From Octopus vulgaris (Eukaryota): DNA of 64,000 bases. The position numbers and the translations under genes were made by a program. Under the pieces are notes generated by a model that was not told the origin of the DNA, ran no database searches, and saw nothing but the letters and a program-made list of their open reading frames with translations. The stretch lies in assembly GCA_951406725.2 (NCBI GenBank), contig OX597815.1, positions 186,248,001 to 186,312,000 on the forward strand, in the 5' to 3' direction. Positions 53,081-64,000 of the stretch are shown here, piece by piece. Position 1 is the first letter of the stretch. Every line of letters begins with the position of its first letter.

Positions 53081-54206
53081 ATATTTATATAGGCATTTTG
53101 CATATATTTCCATGAATACTAAGTGATTTAAACAGATAAATGTACTCCTGGATGATTTATGTTTCCTCTTAGAGTAACTGTAAATTATTTGTGATGAAAA
53201 AATATCTTCGCCTTAGAATTACTACATAAAAATAAATTTACAAAATAAATTAATGACATTGAAGAATTATTTCCAGACCTGATTTTAAATTATCTATCAA
53301 AAATAGTTAAAAATTGCGAATATTCAATTATAAAAGTAACAGATTGAATACATATAGAAATTAATTTCAACATGCTGACTGAAACGCCATTTCATAGAAT
53401 ATCCATTCATTTGTTCATAAATATTTAAACATTTTTTTATTTATTTTCGCAGCTTTTTTTTTTAGTTTTGATATTAGCAAAATAATGACTTCGCTTTGAA
53501 TAATGAGATGTTTCATACAACGTTATAAGTTTTCAATCTTTCGCAAAAGAAATTAGTTTAATTCATACTGAAAAGGAATTATTTTTATTAACGTTGCTTC
53601 TACATACAGTCTTGAGTATTTTTTATTCCAAAGTATGCTTTTATATGTTTTAAGAAATGCAAATTAATGAATTTGTTATCATTGAGATAAATTGTATGAA
53701 ATAGAATCGCTGAGAAACAAATACATCCTCTACCTAGCTGCTTGATATTTTGTAAATAGAAGTTAAATCTGTCTTAATATCACACAGTAGCGTCAGGAAA
53801 TAAAGACGGGATACATTAGACGTCTGAAAAGAGAGCTTAGATGGTCATATGACACGTTCGCTCAATCACTGCGGAATAAAGAATAACAACAACGAAAACG
53901 CAAAACAATATTCATCAAAATAATTATCATTTTAAAAATAAATTACAGTAATTTTTATGAGATTTTTAAGTAAACAAGAAACTACTCATATTACAGTTAA
54001 AAATGCAGATATTTGTAATTCATCAATTTTTTATTTTTTCTATTTACGATAAAATGATATTAGAACAGAATATAATGAAGCATCTCGAAACACAACAAAA
54101 ATCCTCTGAAAGTCAGTTTCTGTAGGGCGTGTGTTTTATCATTTTGTTCTTCTGGAAATGAATTGTTCCCACGCTTGTTTACAGTTTGTGTTTGAACTTC
54201 TGCTAA

Positions 54207-54555
54207 TCTTTCTCTAAATAAAGCTGAAGTTGTCTGTGTACGGCAGGTTTGGTAGCCTTCAACTAACATTATTTTCTCCGAGACCCTGCGGCGCAAGTTG
54301 ACCAAAATTGATAGTATGATAGAAAAAGTTTTGCTCTTCCTTCCGTAGAATAAAAAATTCAAATCGGACCATGTTAACACCAAAAATTATTTACATCAAA
54401 AAGGTCCTTGTTTTCAATGAAAAACCCGTATTTTTTACGATTTTTTGACTGCTGTGTCGCCATTTTTCGCTGTATTTCAACCAGAAAAATGTTCACTTAA
54501 AGAGAATAACAAGCTACATAATGCAAACCAGAGCAACGCCGGGCGATACTGTTAG
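54207..54555 (+). mobile_element. Non-autonomous Helitron (same family as 14364)
   Basis: A|TC start, 3' hairpin ccagagcaacgccggg, ends gttag|t. Confidence 0.78.
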
Positions 54556-54640
54556 TAAATCTATATACTTATGTACGAGTAAGTGTGATGTTGCACTCAG
54601 TATTCGTAGATCTTATGGCATTTAATATCCGTAGATCTTA

Positions 54641-54822
54641 AGGCGGCAAATCGTTAGCGGCATTTCTCCCGGCGTTACGTTCCGAGTTCATATTCCGCCG
54701 AGATCGATTTTGCCTGTCATACTTTAAGGTAGATAAAATATGCAGCAGCTGAGAACTGAGGTCGATATAATTACTTTGCCCACTCCCCAAAATAGCTGAT
54801 CTTGTGCCAAAATTTGAAACTA
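54641..54822 (+). mobile_element. SINE family A, diverged
   Basis: aggcggc...gttccgagttcatattccgccgagatcgattttgcc. Confidence 0.7.
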
Positions 54823-54967
54823 ATATTCGAAGGCTTTCGGTATTAAATTTCAGTGACCTTACTATTCCACAAATTCTAGCATGGTTTTCTTACAGTAGGT
54901 TTAGGCAACACTCTACGCGCGTTCTTTTCGACATTAATGAACAGATTATTTGTATAAAACTTACATA

Positions 54968-55250
54968 AAACTTAGATATGTTTCGACCAAAGATTGGTCC
55001 AGGCCATGTCTAACTTAATAGCACCACCTGATATGATTATCTAAATCCTTTTTAAGTCAAGTTTTGTTTATGGTCCATTCAAGTAGTGAGTTTTTGTTGG
55101 GTGAGTTGTATCCAATTATGGGTGGCTCATCTGGTATTCCTTGAAGGAATCTATCCAGACTCAGTTTAAAGTTGATGGGATCCTTTTCCTCTTTGATCTC
55201 TTTCGGGGCAATGTTAAATAGGGCAGGGCCTGTTGAGGATAAGAAATTAT
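54968..55250 (-). mobile_element. 3' end of the same CR1-group LINE as at 4433
   Basis: Near-identical 3' UTR and SSTGPALFNI..KEEKDPINFK peptide. Confidence 0.88.
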
Positions 55251-55399
55251 ATAAATCGTCGCCCAATTTAATTATACATCGTGACTTCAGGGTGACGCTA
55301 AATATTTCCTTTCTTATCATTGTCTAAAAGGCTTAAAATAAGATTCAGTGACGCAGCCTTTTTCACCGTTGACTAAACCATAAACATCTGTTAAAATCC

Positions 55400-55665
55400 T
55401 GACCTACCATCGTAGATTTATAGGATTATAGGTTTAACAGAACCGTCATAGGCTGTAGCCCCTATTGTTGGTTAACATTAAAGTTATTCTAATTATTTCA
55501 ATAGTTAAACTACTCTCACACATAGATTTAGATATGACCTACCATCATAGACTTATAGGCTTAACAGAACCGTCATAGGCTGTAGCCCCTATCGTTGGTT
55601 AACGTTAAATTTATTCTAATTATTTCAGTAGTTAAACTACTCTCACACATAGATTTAGATATGAC
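55400..55665. repeat. Tandem duplication, ~130-bp unit x2
   Basis: tgacctaccatc...cacatagatttagata occurs twice. Confidence 0.9.
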
Positions 55666-55942
55666 TAACTGTTAATAGCATTTATTTGGCTATATCATAG
55701 ACATCAAGTACGCTGAAACGAAGCGTTCACTGATGGAAATAGATCGATGAATGATATCACTTTTCAGTCGTGAACCATTAAAAGCTGTACTAAATATAAT
55801 AATCAATAAGACTATTCTCAAAGTAGAGAGAACAATGATATTGTCTTGAATTATATTGATGGACTGGAAGATATTAGGTAGATGCACTGCAAATGGACGT
55901 ATTGAAATATAACCTGAGTAGTGCTTAATGCATCTGCATATA

Positions 55943-57145
55943 TTGGGCCTTCCCATATATTATGGAATTAGATAATGCGGTTCTTTCAACTGCATGAACT
56001 AAAAGCCGGAGGTGGGCGGGATAAGCTACCTGCATCAACTTGCTATAAAGCAGGTAGTAATTTTATCTTCTACTTATTCATAGTGCAAGCTTTGAAGAGT
56101 GCAGTTAGATTTTAACAGTTATATTTTCAAAGCTATAATGGAATGACAAAGGAGTATATTCTGCATATTTTGCTTTATAAGTTCAATAAAGGCAACAACG
56201 CAAAGGAAAGCGAGAGGAATGTTAATGCAGTATATGGGGATCGGGCAATAAGTGTAAGCCAGAAAATCCGAGCCGAAAACTACAGCCTAGAAGACGAGAC
56301 TCGCCCTGACAGATCTGTAGAGATCCACGAGGACGTCCTGCAAACCCTGGTGTAACAAAATTCCATCGATACCTCCTGTACCATCAGAAAATCAGCAAAT
56401 TCGGTCAATAGGTTCCTCATAAACTTTCAGAGTCTAATCGAGCTCAGAGATTGAATGTGTGCTCTTCTTTGTTGTGACGTCTCACGTATGAACGTTTTTT
56501 GGACCGAATAGTGACTAGTGACGAGATATGGGTTCTCTATAAAAATGTCAAGCGCCGAAGATTGTGGGTAGAGAAAGGAGAAACAGCGGCACCCCAGGCT
56601 AAAGAAGGTCTTCACTTACGTAAAGTGTTGTTATCTGTTTGGTTAGATATGAAAGGTTTAATCCAGTTTGAACTTTTAAACCCAAACCAAACGATAATAA
56701 AGAAGATCTACTGCGAGCAACTTGAGCGGCTTATGGCAGCGCTAGAAGATAATCAACCATCTTTAGTTTCAAGACGAAATGTGTTCTTCCATCAGGATAA
56801 TGCTCCGCCACATACAGCGAGGATGACATTCTAAAGGCTGGAGTAGTTTGAATGGGGAACGGTTTCCCACCCACCATATTCGCCGGACATTGATTATCAT
56901 TTATCATTTATTCTGCAGTCTTCAAAATCTTTGGATCTAAAAAAATATGACTTCTGTACATGAGGTCAGAACTCTACCGGAAGAGTGTTTTTTGGCATGG
57001 ACAAGAGGGGCCTTAGAAGTCTCCCACATAGATGGAAGAGCATTGTAGAAAATAATGGAGTGTATATTTCAGATTTAAAAATAACTTTATATTAATTTTG
57101 AAAAATAAAAGAAATATTAAAAAAACGCATTATGAGATGACCCAA
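55943..57145 (+). mobile_element. Decayed full-length mariner (different subfamily from 32628)
   Basis: TA|ttgggccttcccata...tatgagatgacccaa|TA; DRIVTSDEIWVLYKN, HQDNAPPH, HPPYSPD; many stop codons. Confidence 0.88.
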
Positions 57146-58524
57146 TATAATTTAAAATTACTGCGATTAATTCGTTAAGTTTTAATTGGGCGTAAAGTGA
57201 GATTATCTAAATATACATCATTAAAAAGTCAAGCATTTGATAATCAAGGGGAAAATGTTTTCTTTAAACTTCTTTCATATCTGTTGTCTAAACTATATCA
57301 AACACTATAATTCATAAAAATAATTAACGTTATTGCCTTTTAATGAAAACATTATTGGACATATAAATTTTATTTTCTGTAAATACCCTGATTGACTATC
57401 GAGGACCTATAACGAATTTGTGTCTGTGATGAACCTCCAATGATAAGAAAATAATTATTTTAAAAAGGGCAATAATATGGCTGCATTATGTCTACGTCTT
57501 TATATAAAAGAAACTGAAGTATTAACTACAAGAGGAGTCCCTCCCTCTGATGAGGTAAATTCTCTGACCAGCAACATATACAGTAGTTCGTATTAGTTTC
57601 TAGTAGTTCAATATCATCCGGTAAGATTGGTGCACGAAGATATAACATATGCAAGACTATAACATTTGCACAAGCAATATCGTCTTTCCATCTTCCTTGT
57701 GTGATATAATCTACAAGAGCTGACAGAGGACCAACAACAATGAGAGATACGTTGTGCGACTCCATACATCATTGCCACTTTAGATCCAATCTATATTTTA
57801 CTGGTAACCATATTGTATAATCAAAGTTATTTAAACCTGAAATAACACATTCTTACACGTTAGAACGAGGGTGGCTTTCGCGGCAATGCTTCATATCGTA
57901 GATCAATTTCCTTCTTATAGAATGTCTTTTTAAAAACATTCTACAGGGAGGAAGTTTTCCTTGGAGACAAAATGTCAGTGCAAAAGCAGTTTAGGTTCTA
58001 ATGCATTGGGACGTGTTCAAAATAAATATACGCATTCAAAATTGTGATTCTCAGGGATTCGTGTACTTGTATTGTAATGAACGAGATTCTTTTATACGGT
58101 CCTACTTATAAATCATAAATGAAAAATGAAGTAGAAAGCATTTTGAGTTATAAATATACGAACTAAATATAAAGTTTTCGCTTCAAATTATATTTCTTGA
58201 CTAACACTTATATATTTAAGATTTTCTAATTATATTTATGAATATATTACATAAACAATTCCAGTAACACTTTTCAGATAATGTCGTTGCACAAAACGCA
58301 ACCTAAATATACGTGAAAAATCTAAAAGGTAACTTTCACGAACACAAGATACGGTGAAAACAAAGCGTCTGCTCACTTTTTTATTGCGGATAATTGTTGT
58401 TCATTTCATATCGGCATAAATAGCCTAGACGAAAAAAGACCCATTCCAAGGCCAAAAAGAAACCCTACTTATACACCACTTCTTTTCACAATTTTTATAT
58501 AACAAACGCTAAAGTAGAAAATAT

Positions 58525-58735
58525 AACTGGCAGAAGAGTTAGCATGCCGGCAAAAATGCTTAGCGGCATTTCGTCAGTCCTTACGTTCTAAGGTCAAATT
58601 CCACTGATGTCGATTTTGCCTTTCAGCCATTTGGGGTCGACAGATCAAGTACTAGTGAAAAACTGGGGTTCATGTAATCGACTATTCCCCCCACACACAG
58701 AAATTTGAGGCCTTGTGTCTCCAGTAGAAAGGATT
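58525..58735 (+). mobile_element. SINE family A
   Basis: ctggcagaagagttagcatgccgg...gcctttcagccatttggggtcga. Confidence 0.75.
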
Positions 58736-58757
58736 ATCATTATCATAATTATTATTA

Positions 58758-59119
58758 CTAGTAGTATCGTCCAGCGTTTAGAATTAGAATTTTTGAAAAG
58801 TAAACATTTATGTAGATTGATATTCTCTTTAAGTGAACATTTTTCTGGTTGAAATACAGTGAAAAATGGCGACACAGCAGTCAAAATATCGTAACAAGTA
58901 GGGATTTTCATAGAAAAAAAGCACCTTTTTCATGTAAATAATTTTTGGTGTTAACAAGGTCCGATTTGAATTTTTTCTTCTACGGAAGGAAGAGCAAGCC
59001 TTTTTCTATCAATACTCTCAATTTTGGTCAACTTGCGCCGCAGGGTCTCAGAGGAGATAGTGTTAGTTGAAGGTTACCAAACATGCCACACACAGACAAC
59101 TTCAGCTTTATATATATAG

Positions 59120-59120
<1 letters not shown>
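58758..59120 (-). mobile_element. Non-autonomous Helitron (third copy)
   Basis: a|ctag...tataga|t; body homologous to 14364-14763. Confidence 0.78.
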
Positions 59121-59186
<66 letters not shown>

Positions 59187-59187
<1 letters not shown>

Positions 59188-59365
59188 GGCGTCGAACTGG
59201 CGGAATACTTAGCACGCCGGCAAAATGCTTAGTGGCATTCGGCCGAGGTCAACTTTGTCTTTCATCCTTTTGGGGAAATAAATATCAGCGGAGTACTGAG
59301 GTCGATGTAATCGATTAACCCCTCCCCTCAACCAAAATTCGGGCCGTGTGCCTATAGTAAAACAG
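59187..59365 (+). mobile_element. SINE family A, internally deleted
   Basis: aggcgtcgaactggcggaa head followed by the central domain. Confidence 0.7.
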
Positions 59366-59388
59366 ATTATTATTGCTGTTGTTGTTGT

Positions 59389-59430
<42 letters not shown>

Positions 59431-60344
59431 ATTTGCTTCTACAGTGACCTTCATCATCATCCTCATCAGCTGCAGCAGCGTGGAGTAGGCCTTAATATTG
59501 GTTTTGTAATGGCAAAAAGTGACTTCGAATTGCTTGTAAACTATATTTGCTTTGAGTGCGTTTTAAAGATCTATGGTTAAAAAAAGTTCTGCTCTGCTAC
59601 AAAACTACCCAGGATACTAAGAGACTTAGTAATTCCATATTATTTTCGATCCTAAGCTTGTAGTAAATATAGGCATTCCGAATGGTACAGGCAATATTTT
59701 TGGATAAACAATACATTAATTCTAGAAAAAAAACAAACAAAAAAAAACAAATATTAGAATATATGTAAAGAAAAGGTAGCTTGATAACAAACAACCAAGC
59801 ACAACCATGCGTGTATATAATGAAACCAGAGTAACTTTTGAGGAATTATAATTCGCTCAATGCTAGGGTTTAACCGAACGATGTATTTGCTTAAAGCCTT
59901 GTTGCTATAATCACTGACATTTCCATTTAACCGCATAATCTCGTCGTATTATTAAGAGCATATTAACATGAATACACATTCTGGGTGGACGACTTTGCAT
60001 TGTAATGGATCATACTGGATTCTTAATAAACGGATACATGTTTTGCTTCAGGTATGTGTGCTTAAGGCTTTATTGTTGTAACTGCAGACATTTTCATTTA
60101 ACCGCATAATCTCAGTAAATATTGAGATATATAACGCGCATTAATATTAAACGATATGTTTATGTGTGCGTGTATATCTTCAAAACAATGCAAGTGGTAT
60201 CCAAGAGTTGCTACATATTTATAACAATTATCCTTCAGCCCTTTGCATCATGTAGCTATATACGTAATTCTTCTAAAATAGACTGGACATTGTTGCCAAC
60301 GTATTCTTTATAATGGTTTCTCCTAGAAACAGTTATATATAATA

Positions 60345-60577
60345 TATTTCTTTACTACCCACAAGGGGCTAAACATAGAGGGGACAAACAAGGACAGACA
60401 AACGGATTAAGTCGATTACATCGACCCCAGTGCGTAATTGGTACTTAATTTATCGACCCCGAAAGGATAAAAGGCAAAGTCGCCGTCGGCGGAATTTGAA
60501 CTCAGAACGTAACGGCAGACGAAATACGGCTACGCATTTCGCCCGGCGTACTAACGTTTCTGCCAACTAGCCGCCTT
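60345..60577 (-). mobile_element. SINE family A with TSD-like flanks
   Basis: Reverse complement of family A; gaaacagttatatata occurs on both sides (about 60326 and 60578). Confidence 0.85.
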
Positions 60578-61624
60578 GAAACAGTTATATATATATATAT
60601 TTTACTAAACCTTCGGGCCTGTTTACATATTTCAGCTTACAAAAAGAAAAAAAAGAAAACAGAACAACAAAAATAAACACGTTTGGTGACTTTGTATTCA
60701 GCCATTAATTTCTGTTACTATGTTTTTCTTTTATGGATTTCGATTTGGGCTGCAGGACATAATACACATCTCAGGTCAGGTTCACTATAAAGCTTGATAG
60801 ATTTATGTTTTGTTATCGTTTGTACTGAAAAATACTGTACGTTTTATATTAACATTGTATATCAGCCCCTTTAACGACGTTGAATTGTAGTCTCCATTCT
60901 ATATCAAGATTCCATTTGCACTTAACCGTAAAACTTATTGTTTTTTGTCTTTCACCTCTATTATCCTTATTCACTGGAAAATAAGTTCTAAAACCCTGCG
61001 GTATATGGCCATTCATTGTGAACATTTACATTAATTTTGGTTTTTGGGGTTTTTTTTTTTTTGTTTTCTCAAATATGCACATAACTTACTTTTTAAAGTT
61101 TCAAATTTGTTTTGTCTATGAATAAATATAATTTGGATACCATTGTTTAATTTCGGACATTTTATGGCTTCGAATTTCATTGAACTTTTCTTCATGCTTG
61201 ACGTTTTATAGCACTTCTAGACACAAATCGGAGGGAAGCAAAAGCAGCGAAGAGGAACAAAGACTTAATCTTAATATAATATTTTCCGTTTTTTCCCAAG
61301 TACAAAATACTCTAATACCTTTTAGTATAGATTATTATTGTTTGTTTGTTTTCTTTTGAAGAAGTATGTTTGCTAAATTATGCCTTTATGTAGCCACTAC
61401 AGTTGGTAATGATATATCTCTGTATTACAACAATTTTACTTCAAAGCCAAAGTGTAGATTCTATGAACTTTACAACTATCGGGTGGCAAAGGAATCCTGC
61501 AAACGTTACGTAATTTCTTCTGCTCTGTACGATATAACCTGTCCTTAACAAAGGAGCCTCTACATATCTGCTGGTGGCCAAAATATAGCAGCCAGATCTT
61601 CCTCAGATTGAACAAAAAGAAAAT

Positions 61625-62013
61625 CTTTTACTTGTTTCAGTCATTTGACTGTGGTCATGCTGGAGCAGCGCCTTTAGTCGAGCAAATCGAACCCAAGACT
61701 TATTCTATGTAAGCCTAGTACTTATTCTATCGTTCTCTTTTACCGAAGAGCTAAGTTACGGGGACGTAAACATACCAGCGACGTTGGGGGGACAAACACA
61801 GACATGCAAACATATACACACATATCCATACGTATGTATACATATATACGACGAGCTCCTTTCAGTTTCCGTCAACCAAATCCACTCACAAGGCTTTGGT
61901 CGGCCCGAGGCTATATTTAGATGACACTTGCCCAAGGTGCCACGCAGTGGGACTGAACCCAGAACCATGTGGTTGGTAAGCAAGCTACTTATCACAGAGC
62001 CACTCTTGCGCCT
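61625..62013 (-). mobile_element. SINE family B
   Basis: Reverse complement of the family B consensus. Confidence 0.86.
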
Positions 62014-62531
62014 AAAAATATGATTAACTTTAATTGATATTTGAATCTTATTGAATTCTCATCAGAAGTGTTAACATCAATCTGATTTTATAAATTGAAC
62101 CTAAATTGAACCCTGAAAAGTTGCTGAGTTCACGGCTGAAATACATTTAACCAAATGCCTGTTCAGTCAGCGTAGTCTCAACAAAACCCAAACTGTAAAG
62201 ATAGATTCACTTTGCTGAAATTTATATCTTCAACGTGGTCTCTTCCCTCGTGTTCTGGGTTTGCCATTTCTAGCAGAATATATTTCATAATATGTGAACA
62301 TTATCTGTAGTTCCAATATCAGAAGTGAACTTGTAATAAATCTAAATTTCCTAACATCACTTCCCTTCTAACTTATTTTTGTGCGTAAGGTTAACAATCC
62401 CATTTATCATGTTTTCTTCTTTCGTCATATATTCTGTAAATGCGACCACATACATGCGACGATGGGCTTCACATAGAAGACTACACTACATCTGGTCTTT
62501 TTAATTTTCTAATATATTCCTTCAGTTAAAC

Positions 62532-62990
<459 letters not shown>

Positions 62991-63320
62991 GATCATCGTT
63001 GATACTGAGAGATGTGGATGGATCGACACAAATTTACAGCTTCAAGATCAAACGCCTTACGGCCAGCTTCAAGATCAAACGCCTTACGGCTTTTGTTTTG
63101 TTACTTTACTTCATGTGTTTAGACGCCATCGAGGTCGACTTTACCATTCATCTTTACAGAATCGATAAAAGGAAAAAAGCAGACAGGTACCGCGATGGCT
63201 ACGTGGAATAATGTCTCCCACATCTGACAGGGAATACTATAAGGTAGGGTTCTCCTCATCTCCTTGAAAGCAAAGAAAATGAAATACTTATAGAAAATAT
63301 TGCATAGAATTTGAGAAATA

Positions 63321-63531
63321 CCAGGTGCGGCAGAAATACGTTCCACATTTGGAAATGCGACAAAAGGAAAAAGAAACAATATTTATGAAAAATTAATCCT
63401 ACTGTTGTTTAAACAAAGGGTAACAGAGTTTGTTCATTAGCTAAATGAAAATAACATTGGCACTTGCATAAGTTCATTAGCAACACATAGGTGAAAGTTT
63501 AAAATGTGGGAGGTATTTCTGCCGCACCCTG
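63321..63531. mobile_element. Tc1/mariner-type MITE
   Basis: TA|ccaggtgcggcagaaatacgttccacattt ... aaatgtgggaggtatttctgccgcaccctg|TA. Confidence 0.85.
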
Positions 63532-63635
63532 TATTTCACCATTATAGGTGTTTATACTCCGGTGAAATTAAGAAATTAACTCGTAAAATAACCAAACTCT
63601 CGAATCCATTGCTGTACACACGCGCACGCGTGCGG

Positions 63636-63676
<41 letters not shown>

Positions 63677-63794
63677 CACACACACGCACGCACGCACACA
63701 CACACATATACACAATCGCATATCTATGTATGTATGTATTTATGTATGTTTGAAGATAATCAACCCAAATTTTCATGATTTCGAGCCACTCACC

Positions 63795-63833
63795 CAAACA
63801 CAGACACACAAACATATACACACATACATACAC

Positions 63834-63879
<46 letters not shown>

Positions 63880-64000
63880 GACGGGCTTCTTTCAGTTTCT
63901 GTCTACCAAATCCACTCACAAGGCTTTGGTTGACCCGAGGCTTTAGTAGAATACACTCACCCAAAGTGCCACGCAGTGGGACTGAACCCGGAACCATGTG
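63795..64000 (-). mobile_element. SINE family B, cut by the window edge
   Basis: acgacgggcttctttcagtttc...ccacgcagtgggactgaacccgg. Confidence 0.85.

Overview
AT-rich, repeat-saturated animal DNA. The SINE and microsatellite content strongly suggests an octopus/coleoid cephalopod genome (inference). I recognise no host protein-coding exon; most ORFs in the track are microsatellite or antisense artefacts. The window holds dozens of tRNA-derived SINE copies (three recurring families), 5'-truncated LINE ends (CR1/L2-like, and R4/Dong-like in (TAA)n), one near-complete and several decayed Tc1/mariner elements, MITEs, non-autonomous Helitrons and Penelope-like elements (PLEs). The most striking unlabelled signal is a set of about ten minimal type I hammerhead-ribozyme-like motifs (CUGANGA...GAAA, often with a palindromic stem III). 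Most sit in short AT-rich inserts within or beside (TA)n tracts, and several occur as inverted pairs. These include a ~2.1 kb near-perfect PLE palindrome (37978-40075) and a ~380 bp non-coding double-hammerhead palindrome (16422-16802). All structures were read by eye; none were computed.
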